The notes under the pieces are model-generated. The model was not told the origin of the DNA. It searched no databases and worked only from the letters and a program-made list of their open reading frames with translations. Positions 38,912 to 52,389 of a stretch of 64,000 nt of DNA are shown here, piece by piece. Made by a program: the position numbers and the translations under genes. The stretch comes from Octopus sinensis (taxonomy: Eukaryota). Every line of letters begins with the position of its first letter. The first letter of the stretch is position 1. The DNA lies in the NCBI RefSeq assembly GCF_006345805.1, contig NC_043019.1, positions 22,691,360 to 22,755,359 of the forward strand, in the 5' to 3' direction.

Positions 38912-39291
38912 GGCGCAGGAGTGGCTCTGTGGTAAGTAGCTTGCTAACCAACCACATGGTTCCGGGTTCAGTGCCACTGCGTGGCACCTTGGGCAAGTGT
39001 CTACTGCTATAGCCTCAGGCCGACCAAATCTTTGTGAGTGGATTTAGTAGATGGAAACTGAAAGAAGCCCGTCGTATATATGTATTTATATATATGTATG
39101 TTTGTGTGTTGTGTTTGCCCCCCTAGCATTGCTGGTGTGTTTACGTCCCCGTCACTTAGCGGTTCGGCAAAAGAGACCGATAGAATAAGTACTGGGATTA
39201 CAAAGAATAAGTCCCAGGGTCGATTTGATCGACTAAAGGCGGTGCTCCAGCATGGCCGCAGTCAAATGACTGAAACAAGTAAAAGAGTAAA
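38912..39291 (+). mobile_element. SINE family B copy
   Basis: Full-length; shares the ccctagcattgctggtg short variant with the 20826 copy. Confidence 0.85.
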
Positions 39292-39772
39292 TGATTAACT
39301 GAAATAGCTTAAAGAATATAGAAAAAAAAAATGTAAAATAATTGAGTGCAAGATATAAAACGTTTAGAATTACCCTTATCACCATACAAAATGATCACTC
39401 AATGGTTAGAACAAAACCCCACCACCACATCCCTACCAGCCACTCACTGTTCCTATTTTTTGGATTTGATAGCCTCAAAAGTACTCATTAACACCGTTTG
39501 GGCGGGAACGACACAAAAATCATGGCCCACATCTTCCGTTGACTCCTGCTTCAGCTTGCAGTAAAATTATTATTTACTTTTTACCAGAATTCTGTCACTG
39601 GCACGACTTCTGTTCTATATTCTAGTTTTTATCTCATTTTCTGTAATTAATACATCCGTTGCACCACATATGCAATAATTTGTTTTAGGAGTACTAATTC
39701 ATCTTCCGAATGACTGGCAATTTCCTGTCCTCATCGTCTTGTTGCATTTTATACATTTTCATGTTGTGCTTG

Positions 39773-39836
39773 CCTTTCCTTCCTCATTGGCTTTCCTTCC
39801 TCATTGGCTTTCCTTCCTCATTGGCTTTCCTTCCTC
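39773..39836. repeat. 17-bp minisatellite (ctttccttcctcattgg), about 3.7 copies
   Basis: Direct inspection. Confidence 0.9.
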
Positions 39837-39883
39837 CTATTCTTTTCCTAATAATTTTTTGCTACCTTCTGACATCCACTATA

Positions 39884-40295
39884 TCTATTTCTTTACTACC
39901 CACAAGGGGCTAAACACAGAGAGGACAAACAAGGACAGACAAACGGATTAAGTCAATTATATCGACCCCAGTGCGCAACTGGTACTTTATTTAATCGACC
40001 CCGAAAGGATGAAAGGCAAAGTCGACCTCGGCGGAATTTGAACTCAGAACGTAGCGGCAGACGAAATACCTATTTCTTTACTACCCACAAGGGGCTAAAC
40101 ACAGAGAGGACAAACAAGGACAGACAAACGGATTAGGTCGATTATATCGACTCCAGTGCGTAACTGGTACTTTATTTAATCGACCCCGAAAGGATGAAAG
40201 GCAAAGTCGACCTCGGCGGAATTTGAACTCAGAACGTAACGGCAGACGAAATACGGCTACGCATTTCGCCCGGTGTGCTAACGTCTCTGCCAGCT
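39884..40295 (-). mobile_element. SINE family A head-to-tail dimer
   Basis: Two units with junction at about 40070; cactatatc on both flanks (candidate TSD). Confidence 0.9.
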
Positions 40296-40789
40296 GGAGG
40301 CCTCCAGATGTCACTATATCCCTTACTGCCGAGTGTAGAGTGGGTATCCATTACAGGCTTGATTGCAGTGGACCATCAGATATGGTCAGCATTCATGAAG
40401 GATGTGCTGAACTTGGCCGGAGATAGCTCAACCCACCTAAGGTGAATGCCACTGCAAGTACAATTTCATATTGCATGCATGATTGCACTGTGTTTATGAC
40501 ACAATAAAAACTTTTAATGATACAAATGCAGCAATAGCAGATAATCCATTTATCCATTTTGATGTTACACAACACTTAAGGTTCCACTCATTGTTGGATA
40601 CTTTTAGGTACTATTGGAGTTGTGAATAACCTAACAACAGCTAACTTCACTTCAGCAATGCATTTTGTGCTATGATAATAGATTACTGAACTGCCTAATT
40701 TGTGTCATTGTCTAGTCAATAATTGCAGCATGGTTTCACTTTGATATGCTTCAACCCTATATAAAACACCTTTAATCAAATAATACATA

Positions 40790-40845
<56 letters not shown>

Positions 40846-41689
40846 TATATACATACACAGGCTTCTTTCAATTTCCATTTGCCAAATTCATTTATAAGAC
40901 TTTGGTTGGCTTGGGATATTAGTAAAATACATTTTCTCAAGAAGCCACGCATTTGGATTGAACCTAGAACAAAGTGGTTGAAAAGTAAGCTTATTAACCA
41001 CAAAGCTATGCTTGCACTTGCAATCTGATGGAAATTGGACTGCTAGTGCTAGCAGGTCAAGTGACAATGTAAACCCTTGTTCAGTGTGGCACAATGAGGC
41101 AAGAAGCTAACAAAATGACTGGAAGGCAAAGAATGATGTTGTAAAGGAAAATAATTAAGTGAGAAACAAGACAAATTAATAGGAGAATAATTCCATGGAT
41201 GGGAAGAGGGTGTGGAGACATGATGGGTTAGAGAGAGGGGGAATGTGTCAAGGGAAGGGAGACAGAAGAAGTAAAAGATGTCATGGAGGGAATGAAGAGG
41301 ATGATGAACAATAGGTTCATTAACTGGTTTATGATGTAAATAACGATGTCTTTCGACGAAGAAGATAATTACTAATACAAGACAAATAGTTATGACATGA
41401 TTGGAGCAGATAATTGTTATTATCTTCACAGGGCAAATAAGTGAGTTACATGACTGTGTGGTTAACACGCTCACTCTGAAACCAAATGGCTTCAGGTTCA
41501 GTCCCACTTTGCGAGACTTTGGACGAGTGTCTTCTGCTATAGTTTTGGTCTGACTAATGCCTTTGTGATAGTATATTTTTAGAATGACATTGCAGGGTGA
41601 GCGTGAGAGGCTAGATCTGGCCAGTTTGAACATAAAACAAGTAGAATATTTGGTCTGGATATGGTCTGTTTAAATGCTAAAAGGTTAAA

Positions 41690-42135
41690 GTGATCTAAAA
41701 TTAAAACTTTCCATTTATGTCCCAAACACCAGCTTAATAATGACAAAGTTATTTTATTAAATTCCTCATTACTTTCAAAATTAATTAACACAGAAGCAGT
41801 GTATTTCAACAGATGTATGGTGACAAAAGTGTAAAAGTGGTCTAAATTAAAACCTGCCCTCAAAATTCCATGTTATGTTCCAAACACCAGCTTAATTATG
41901 ACAAAATTATTTTATTAAATTATTCATTATTTTTAAAATTAATTAAAACAAAAGTACTACATTTCAACAGAAATATGGAAATGAAAATGATAAAGTGTTC
42001 TAAATTAAAAGCTTCCATCAAAATTTCTTGTTGATTTATGGTCTAAACAACAGCTTAATAATAAGTTAATGAAATTCTTCATTATTTTCAAAATTAAGTG
42101 AAACAAAGGCAGAATATATTTCCACAGAGTATGGG
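41690..42135. repeat. Three tandem copies (about 150 bp) of a MITE-derived unit
   Basis: tctaaattaaaa..ccaaacaccagcttaa..aaattc..cattattttcaaaattaa..tttcaacaga repeated; related sequence at 6980-7050/7490-7600 and 12467-12780. Confidence 0.7.
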
Positions 42136-42489
42136 AATAAATGTTTGGCTGATCAGAGTTATCAGGGAAGATACCTGCCAAAAGTAATACACAACTCTAT
42201 AGAACCAAAAACCATTTAGCTGTGAAGTCTTATTCTCAAACACAGTTATGCCTGTAGTGTCATGAGATACAAGATAGGTCAACATGAAGACTGTGCTACA
42301 TGTAAGACAGGTTGCAGATTACTTTAAATCAGATCATAGTACAAGGTATTGTGGGAAATATTACAGAAATTCTAACAAATGTTTTATAGTCCTAATATGC
42401 TACCTTGAAGGCGAGAGAGAGAGAGATGTTATGAAAAGGCTATTCCATCTCACTGGATATGTTCTTGTGGATGGCAATCTCTATGCCAA

Positions 42490-43195
42490 TAAAACTTGTT
42501 AATGGCTAGTGTTTCGAGGATCCACGTGTGGGTAATGCTATCAAACGTCTTTTGGTAGTCGATCCAGGCCATACTGAGGCCTTTCTTCTTTCTGCGGCTA
42601 TCTTCAGTTATGGCTTTATTGATCATTAGTTGATCTTTACAGCCACATGAGCTCTTGCAGCATTCTTTCTGCTCTTCTGGAAACAGGTTGTTTTCGTCCA
42701 GGTGCTTGTTCAATCTTTGCGATATTACTGCAGTAAGGGCTTTGTATATTGTAGGGAGACAGGTTATAGGTCTGTAGTTTTGTGGCTTTGCTGTTTCATT
42801 GGATTTGGGAATTAAGATGGTTTTTCCCTTTCGTGAGCCATTCAGGCATTGTCTCTGGCTCTGTCAGTATGGCGTTAAAGTTTTCAGCCAGCTTTTTGTG
42901 CATTCCTGTCAGATATTTCAACCAGAAGTTGGGGATCTTGTCGTGCCCAGGTGCCTTCCAGTTGCTTAGTCTTTGCAGTGCCTGGGTGACCTCTTCAGTT
43001 GTTATGGGGGTCCAGAGTTGCTCAGGTGCTAAGTTTTCTGTTTTAATAGTCCTTTTCTGTGGTTGTTCATTCACCAACCATATTTCTTCCTAGAATTCTT
43101 TCACTTCTGCTGTTAGTGTTGCAGTGACGTCTATTTTATTTTTGCCAAGTTTTTGGTAGAACTTTTTGGAGTTGGAGTTGAACTGTTTGTTTTTT
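42490..43195 (-). mobile_element. Non-LTR retrotransposon RT fragment, R4/Dong-like
   Basis: NWKAPGHDKIPNFWLKYL, PEWLTKG, NYRPITCLPTIYKALT, EEQKEC..S.GCKDQLMINK, SMAWIDYQKTFDSITHTWI; frameshifted; 5' side abuts (TAA)n. Confidence 0.85.
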
Positions 43196-43208
43196 ATTTT
43201 TATTATTA

Positions 43209-43242
<34 letters not shown>

Positions 43243-43501
43243 GCTATTACTATTGAAGTTGCTGTTATTTTAGTTGTGATGAACGGGCATGTGCAGCACC
43301 GGTGAATTTGATATTTCAAAGTTCAGTAGATGAGAAAAAGTTAATTTGCTACATATTTCTGCAATTACTTATGTAGACAAAAGTGAAAACTTAATCTTGT
43401 GTGTGTGTGTGTGTGTAACAAAAATAAAATAGAAAATAAATGAGAAGCGGAGAGTGAAGATGTAAAGTAGTGTTATTAAAGAGCATAAAATTCTTATTTA
43501 C

Positions 43502-43606
43502 CTGTAAATTAGTTTCATCATAGTACTCTAAGTCGAAGTAGTCAGCTTCCATAAGTTCTAAGTACTTTATCACAGACTCCCAAAGTACACTGCCCATAGC
43601 TTTTGA
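43502..43606 (-). CDS. FARP1/2: FARP-like exon A, FERM F1 (SKAMGSVLWESVIKYLELMEADYFDLEYYDETNLQ)
   Basis: 105 nt; acceptor tttcag, donor gtaaat; phase 0-0; L.L.E.DYF.LE FERM-N motif. Confidence 0.93.
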
Positions 43607-46134
43607 CTGAAATAAAAAGAAAAGAAGAGAATGATAAGATGAAGAGAAAGACTTAGGGGAGAGTGAAGAGAGTACAAAACTCAAATAATGTAAGAATTGA
43701 ATTTCATTTTTATATTTACTAGTTTCAATCTCTGGATTATGACTATGTTCTGGTGTTTCATTATCAAATGTTTCTGGTCAGTTTATATCAACATTAGCAA
43801 TTATTTTATCAACCTCATGGGGAAAAAAGTTGAAACCGGTGTAAATGAAAGGTGAACAAATACTACAAGATATTTTAGTTTGCTGCACCAATTCCACCAT
43901 TCTCTAATATATACATGCACACAAACACATACACAGCTGTGTACATATGCACACAGATGTGAGAGAGGAATGAATCATCAGCTGCACACACACACACACA
44001 CACATATATATAGAAAGAGAGATGGTTAAATTTGAAAACAAGAGGAGAAAAGTAATCAATCCCAAAATGTAACTGTACAGACCCACTCACTTGCCCACTT
44101 GACCATGCATCCATGGTTACCTCAGAGGATTACAAATTTGAGGTTGCCTCAGTTCTACCAAATAACAAAACTCAAAAGAAAAAATATATTGGTCAATGTG
44201 AAAGTGACTTTGAGAAGACATGGCAATCACCAGACTCCCTTCTAACATGTAGACAAGAAGAACACTACTAAGCTAGTTATATATGAAACTTGAAGGTCAA
44301 AAATACTGTAAACACCATCAAGTGGAGGACCACAGAATGATCCAAGCCATATGTTAATGGATCAAGGAGGTTCAGGCTTTGTATAACTGAAAGAACCTAT
44401 AGCCTTTTTAAATCTAAAAACTTCACTGAGCTACTGAATTTAAGACCCAAAAAATTTCACTGAATGCAAGCATCTTGATAAGTTTCAATTATTGAACTGG
44501 AGAAACCACACTTTGTGGATTAGTCTCACAAACTTTAATATTTCCCTGATGAATTAACCACATCAACCATTGTTAATTCCCATCCTAATGAACCAAAGGG
44601 ACATAACTCTCTCATCTCCCTTCCTTTCATGAGTTTTTTTTCCCCCCATTTCTTTTTTTCATTCATTTTCCTCTCATTCTTGCTTGCTTTTTCCCAGAGA
44701 GCAACCATGTTGTACTCATGGTACACTATAGTGGCTTGTCCAATAATTATACTATTAGAGCATGAAACCTATAGTGACTAATATTTAAACCCTGTATATA
44801 TCAAACAATATTTATCTTTTGTTGGAATAAGTACTATTTTTGCTGATCCTACTTATAATGGAACAGTTTGGCATTAGGAAAGGCATCCAGCTAAAGAAAC
44901 AGGCCAAAGCTGACACTGGAGCTCAGCACAGGTGAGCAGCTAGCCAAATCTTGTAAAACATCCAACCAATACCAGCATAGAAAATCTCATGTCAAATGAT
45001 GATGTGTTTGTATTAATAGTTGTCTTAATGTTCAGCTATACAGGCAAAGGCATGGCTCTGCTGTAGGGAGCTTGCTTCCCAACAACATGGTCTTGGGTTC
45101 AGTCCCACTGTGTGGTACCTTGGGCAAGTGTCTTCTACTATAGCCTCAGGCCAACCTAAGCCTTGTGAGTGGATTTGGTTGTCAGAAACTGAAAGAAACC
45201 CATTGTGTATATGTGTGTGTCTGTGTGTCTTTGTCACCTACCACAGCTTGACAACTGGTGTTGGTGTGTTTATGTCCTCAAAACTTAGCAGTTCAGCAAA
45301 AAGAGACTGACAGACTATGTACCAGGCTTTAAAAAAAAAGTAATTAAGTCCTGGAGTCAATTCATTCAACTAAAAAATCACCAAGGCAGTGCCCCAGTAT
45401 GGCCGCAGTCTAACGGGTGAAAAAAAGACAGAGAAAATGGCCTGTGGGCTTCTGCATAATCCAGTTTCACTCAGGCAATGGTTAACCCAAGGTGAGAGAA
45501 GAAAACCCCCATGCCCAAGCTGCCACACGGTTACCTTGAACCTAGAACCAAGTGATTACAAGTGAATCTCTTAACCATTCGACAATGCCTACACACCGAT
45601 GACGTCGAAGAGGATGAGGAGGAAGTGGAGGAGGCGGTGAAGTGGTGAACAAAATAAAATGATAAATGAATCAATAAATTAACACACTTGTTTTTAAACG
45701 AGATGACGGAGTTGAATGGGTCAGTGATCAGAGGAGAATAATTGGATTGTTAAGTGGATCAGAGATAAAAGTACACACACACACACAATACATACGTATA
45801 TATACATACATACAAACAAACAAACACAGACAAACATGTGTGTATATGTATGTATATATGTATTAATATCTATGAAAGAAAGAAAATGGAATTCACGAGA
45901 CTCTTTACATTATTCACAACAATTGTTTCAACCCATTGTGCACCAGTGCCTCGCTGGTGCATCACAGGTACAGATGTGTCTTGTCAGGTGACTTGTCAAA
46001 AGGTACCTCATTTTTTTATCTCCATTTCACTTATTTCTATTACAATATGTGGTGGTGGTGGTGGTATAGTAGTAGTAGTGCAAGGTGTACACCCAAGTAT
46101 AAAATTATTAATATCTATATACACATATATGTAT

Positions 46135-46950
46135 GCATGTCAATCATTCCAGAAGTTTTAAGGCTTTCTTTTTAGGAGAGGCAGTTATATAATGGTCCTG
46201 GGTTATTGCAATGTCAGTATATCATTACTGTACATCTAATAAGCTGACTTGCCTATCGTCGTTATTCCAGATTGAAGGAGTGTATGCAAAGTCCTGTAAC
46301 ACACTTTGAACACATTCTACTAAGCACTGCTTGTCACAGTTGACTAGTTTGCAGAATGCAGTCAGGATGTGAAGACAATTTGAAAGATTGCTAGGTGATA
46401 AATATTTCTGTTTAACCCTTTCGTTACTGTATTTATATAAATATAACAAAGAATTTAGTAAAATAACATTGTTATCATTGAGCTAGTGTTAGGCGCATAA
46501 ATTATGATTAAGGTTTGGTGGAAGATTTGAATTTAAAACTTATGAAAACAAGACATTTATACTAAAGAGCCAGAGCCGGTTTCAGCCTGGTTGGTAACGA
46601 AAGGATTAACTGGGTAAAAACGCAACAGAGACTTATGAAACGCTCCAGATTGCATATGGATTAACATGTATGAGCCAAGCACAAGAGGCCAAGCAAAGCA
46701 CATCCATGGGGAAACTCATAATGATTCCCTTTTTCCACAGCAAGGGCATCATCTATATCCACTGGGTTTCCTCTGGCCAGATAGTCAACAAAGAGTACTT
46801 TGTGATGGTTTTGAAGGACAAGATTTCATCACAAAAGACCAGAGCTCTTCCACTCAGGTTGGCGGCACCTGCATCAGGACAATACACCAGTCCATAACCC
46901 CATCCTGGTAACCAGCTACTTAACAGGGATGATCATCAAAACTCTCCTTA
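46135..46950 (+). mobile_element. Internally deleted mariner remnant interrupted by a TTAA MITE
   Basis: LGKNATETYETLQIAYG; KLIMIPFFHSKGIIYIHWVSSGQIVNKEYF; LHQDNTPVH; boundaries approximate. Confidence 0.75.
46412..46609 (-). mobile_element. TTAA-target (piggyBac-like) MITE inside a mariner remnant
   Basis: ttaaccctttcgttac ... gtaacgaaaggattaa. Confidence 0.8.
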
Positions 46951-47779
46951 TTTTGTTGGTCCTTCTTTTGCCAAACTATGTAACGGGATGTAAACAAACA
47001 AACACTGGTTATCAAGGGATGATGGGAGACAAGCACAAACATAAAGACAAACACACACACAGACACCTACATATATTTTAAAAACTAATAATTAATTTCC
47101 TTTATCTGCTTTAACTCCTTTGTTACTAAATTTCCAACAAATTTCACTGCTTATGTGTTTTCATTATCTTCCAAAGTAATTAAGAATTTGATTGGACTTA
47201 ACAAAATAATTTAATGAAATATTACTAAGTAGTCTATTAAGTCAGTGTTTCAAATGTAGCTAACATAAGGTTCATATATAAAATAAGCAACCATATCATC
47301 AAAATCTTAAAGCAACATTAATACACGATAAATTCAAAACAATGTAAGAAATAAGCATTACCATTTGACAAAGAAATCTAAATGCTAAAGGCTTAGAGAC
47401 CATTTAATTGCTATTGAAAATGGTAATTTGTTCATTCCTATATTTTCAAGCATCACACTCTTGTCCACCACCATGGAAAGCCCTTAAGATGCATTAGTGA
47501 CCTGAACTAAACACATCCAACCTCAAAATTGCATATTAGGCAGTTGAATGAAACATTGGTTTCGAATTTTAGCACAAGGCCAGCAACTTCAGGGAAGGGG
47601 GTAAGTTAATTACATTGACCCCAGGGCTCAACTGGTGCTTATTTTATCAACCCCAAATAAATGACAGGTAAAGTCAAACTCAGCAGATTTTGAACTCGGA
47701 ATGTAATGATGGACACAATGCAACAAAGCATTTTGCCCAATCTGCTAACAATTCTGCCACCTCACCGCCTTTGTTGAAT

Positions 47780-48030
47780 CAAATATCAGATGGCTAAACT
47801 AAACATATTAGATGGCTAAACTAAACATATTATATGACTAAACTAAACATATTTGATGGCTTAAACGAAACACTTTAGATGAGCAAATATTAGATGAGTG
47901 GATTAAACGTGTAAGACGGCCTGAACCAAATATTAGATGGCTGGACTAAACTGGACACAATAGTGAATGGTCCAAACTAAACATATTACAAAGCTTAACT
48001 AAACACATTAGATGACTTAAACACAAATGC
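47780..48030. repeat. Degenerate minisatellite of about 22 bp (aaactaaacatattagatggct)
   Basis: About 8-10 progressively diverged units. Confidence 0.8.
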
Positions 48031-48549
48031 ATTACGTAAGTGAAGCAAGCACATTTAATGTGAAAGGGATTAACGGAAAGAGGCGCCGGGTCTGTGGTAA
48101 ATCAAGATTTCGTCCGAGACAATAACGGAATCAATCAATCAATCACCTCAGGATAGATAAACAACAACACTAAACAGCATCACAATATTACTACCACAGA
48201 CTAATAATAATAATAATAATAATAATGATGATAATGATATTAATGATAATAATAATAATAATAGTATTGATGTCACTGTGTGTCTGAGTAGTGTTGAAGC
48301 AATAGTAACAAGAACAATAATTACGATGATGATGATGATAATCTAATCAGCTAATCTATTATAAAGAGGCTTAATGCTAATGCAATGATTTCATGGTTGG
48401 ACCAACATACACACACACACACACACACACACACGATCAATGGCGATTTACATATACATCCACATATAGAGAAACAGTGCTAATAATACACATGTGCCTT
48501 TTCGTTTTGCAACCCATATTTATATGCACACACACACACACTAGAATAT

Positions 48550-48581
<32 letters not shown>

Positions 48582-49542
48582 CATGCAAGTAAAATACACT
48601 ATCACAAACACACACACACACACATAATTATAGTATTAAGATAGCAGTAGCTTCTAGAAGTCCACAGCTCCTCCTGACAAGAAACAACAGCAACAACAAC
48701 AATTTGATTCAACTAGGAAGTCTCTCTGTTGTCTTTGAGCTTACTAGAAATAGCAGCCAAACCTCATATCACAATTTACTGTATATTAAAAGCAGATCGC
48801 TTAGAGATAATGTGGTCTTAGGCATTTAAAAAGCGATAGAGAAAGAGAGAATGGCCATGGTAGGAAAGTCTATGATCATAGGTCTTCTCAGTCAGGGTTG
48901 ACCTGTGGTTAATGAACACCAGCAAGCAAAGATGCAGCAGCAGTGACGACAATAACCACGAGTCAAGGAGGATGCCTCTACATAGCCACTTGTTTGGCTA
49001 GAAATAGCAACTAAATCTCCCTCAACCCACACCTTACTGCCTTTAGAGAAATGAAAACACATTAAATAATGTGGCCCTAACTTCTCTACAGACTGCAAGG
49101 GTAAAAAAAAAAATGGAGAAAAAGACCTGTCATGCCTGTTCTGGATCAGCTCAGTCTGGGTTGACCTAGGGCTAAACAACAAGAACACCACCGCCACCAC
49201 CAAGAGCAACACCAGTAACAAGCTTATCAACAATGCAAAAACTGATTAGAAAACAACAACAATAAACGAGATGTTTAAAGCTATTTATTGATTTGCAAAT
49301 TAAGGGGATCAATTCCAATTAGGAGAGATAAACGAGCGAGAAGGGAAATAAATCAACACACTTCCAAAAGTTATTCATAAAATACATGGATTGCAGGCAT
49401 ATGCATGTGTTTATATATGGATATATATGTATATATGGATATATGTATGTGTGTGTATATATAAATATATATGGATATATGTATGTATGTATGTGTGTAT
49501 ATATGAATATATGTATGTGTGTGTATATATATATATATATGA

Positions 49543-49581
<39 letters not shown>

Positions 49582-51313
49582 TATGGATATATGTATGTAT
49601 ATATGGATATATATGTATGTATATATATGTATGCATGTGTATATATGTATGTACATATATGGACACGTATAACTGCACATATACACACACACATACTCAT
49701 GCACAAACAAATACACACACAAACACACATATACATACAGACACATCTACACACAGAAACACAGAAGTACAGATGTACATATTCACACACACACATATAG
49801 AAACAACCGGAATTGTGGAGGAGTAGATCTTTTCTATTTCAATGCAAATGTTTTGTTGCTTGTTTTTAAACTGATTGATTGATTAACGATGTTGCTATTG
49901 CTGTTGTGGTGTTGTTTCTTCTTTCCTTTTACATCTGTGAGTCACCCAGGGTTTTAAAACAAGGTATGCCACACCCCTGTGGGCCTTAAGAATCAAACTG
50001 AAAGGTTTTAGTGACAGGAAGGATGGTAGCCAACCATAGAACATTGCACCATGACGAATCAAAAGAAAGATTGTTGGGGTGTGTTGGGGGAGGGTCCTGG
50101 TCACTACAACTCTAACCTACCCACACCCCATACATTTCAGCAAAGGGGTGTTTTAGCATTTCATTTTTTCTTTTTTTTTTTTGTGGTTGTGACATTAGAG
50201 TGGAGAAATGGTTCAGGTGAGTGAGGAGGTGGTTTTAAATATCATTTCATCAGTCAATTATACAAGAGAACATATTTTAAATTATAGCATTTAAATAGAA
50301 AGAAGCAGAAGGGGAAAAGGGAAAATAAAGAAACGGTGGGGGTGGGGTAAAGCAGCAGAGGGAGACGGGGGTGGGCATAGGCTGTGTGCCCCAAAACAGA
50401 TGGTATTTTCAGCCATTCCCTGTAGTAATGACCATGATGGCATTACCCCAGAGAATGACCAGCGATACTCACTGCAGCAGCCACTCCACCACTCAGGGCT
50501 CAAGTGGTTATCATGCCTGCTTAACATGCAAAGGGTCAAGAGTTCAAAACTTGTTAGAACCTTCTATGTTTTTGTGGCTTTATTTCCCACCCCCAACCTT
50601 CTTTTTCATTCTTTGTTATCTTCCTTTTTTTTATTACAATTTCTTTGTATTTAAATGTTATATTTTAAAATGTGGTCTGCTGTATAATTGATTGTAGAAA
50701 TAAAACTTTTATCAGCGTAGGCTTTAAACCAGTGAAAGAATCACCACTGTTATACATGCAGGCATGATTGTGCGGTAAGAAGCTTGTTTCCCGACCACAT
50801 GTAATGTTGTGCATCTCTGGGATCCTAAAAGTGAACCTGCAGTTGTCCTGGTCTTAAAGGGGCCCTCTTTTGTCCCATCATATTTTTGTATGTATGTAAT
50901 TATGTTGCTGCTCCTACAACTGGACACAATCTCTGTTTCACAGATCATGGCCTCATAGAAAATCTACTGGGTACTCAGTGTTAGCCCTATTAAGTGCACA
51001 GCTGAACAAGATCCCAAGATTATGTCTACTGAATAATTGTCTATACCTATGATACTGTGGGAAATGCTTATCTATTTATCTAAGGAAGACACCGGCTTTG
51101 ATGTGAAGTGAGGAGGATGGGGCAAGCCAAAGAGCCTTACAGCAGTATCTTCTTTTAGGGGTTAAGTCATGGCCATGGCATATAGATGATGTGACCCTTA
51201 AAGCCAACATTGTAGTGTGGTGGGGAGCTGTGTCAAAAATGAAACCAACTGTAACATTCTTACCAACACTAATAAATGATATACTATTCAACACTCACTC
51301 TCTCTCTCTTTTA

Positions 51314-51359
<46 letters not shown>

Positions 51360-51535
51360 GTGTGTGTGTGTGTATATATAAACAAATATATAAAAACACT
51401 ATGCTCATTATTATATTAGATGTATACAAATACACACACTTTCTTACTCATCACAAACATATGACTGATCAAATGCATGATTTTGCACTTATAAAAACTC
51501 TGAGCAATAGCTACATGAGTCATTAACAGCCTACC

Positions 51536-51621
<86 letters not shown>

Positions 51622-52349
51622 CTTGACTCCATCGGTCATGAATGACCATGGGTCCACCAAAGAGGTTCCCCTCCGGGGTACAAGTCTGGGTGGAAAGTGG
51701 CCACACAAGCAAATGCATAACCTAAGGTTGTTTTTTATGGAAGACCAGCAGTCGCCCATGCATACCAACCTCCCCTCTCCGTGCCACCAATGTTATCCAA
51801 GGGAAAGGCAAAGGATGATACAGCTTGGCACCAGTGATGCCTCAACTCATTTCTACAGCTGAGTGAACTGGAGTAACGTGTAATAAAGTGCCTTGCTCAA
51901 GAACACAACACACAACCTGGTCCAGGAATTGAACTCACAACCTCATGATCATAAGCTCAACGCTCTAACCACTGAGTCATGTGCCTTCTCAGTCATACAT
52001 ATATATATGCATATACAGAGGGAGGCACAGGTGGAGTAAGAAAGGCAAGTGGTGGTTACAATATTTAATACTCATGAGACAATATGGAGGTATTTTTGTT
52101 GTATGAAGTTTGGCCAACCCTTGTTAACATGAATGGGAAGAGAGAAAGAGTATGTGTGTGAGAGAGAGAGAAAGAAAGAGAGAGAGAAAGAGGGAGTGAG
52201 AGAGAAAAGGAGAGAGGAATAAAGAAGAAAGGTGGAATGTGTGTGTGAGTGTGCCTGCTCCTTCGTGTGTTTGGTAAAGTTTTGCATTTAGATAAAGGGC
52301 ATTCTGTCGATTGGATACACACACATGCATGAGTGCACGTGTACATGTG

Positions 52350-52389
<40 letters not shown>

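Larger units (their letters stand above)
14553..43606 (-). other. FARP1/2: Partial gene span: FERM, ARHGEF and pleckstrin domain protein (FARP1/FARP2/Cdep-like); 8 coding exons in window
   Basis: Eight exons with GT-AG ends and consecutive phases (0,0,2,1,2,0,0,2,2) join into a FERM+FA sequence with FARP-like motifs ([71 protein letters not shown]). FRMD7-like identity cannot be excluded without the DH/PH exons. Confidence 0.9.
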
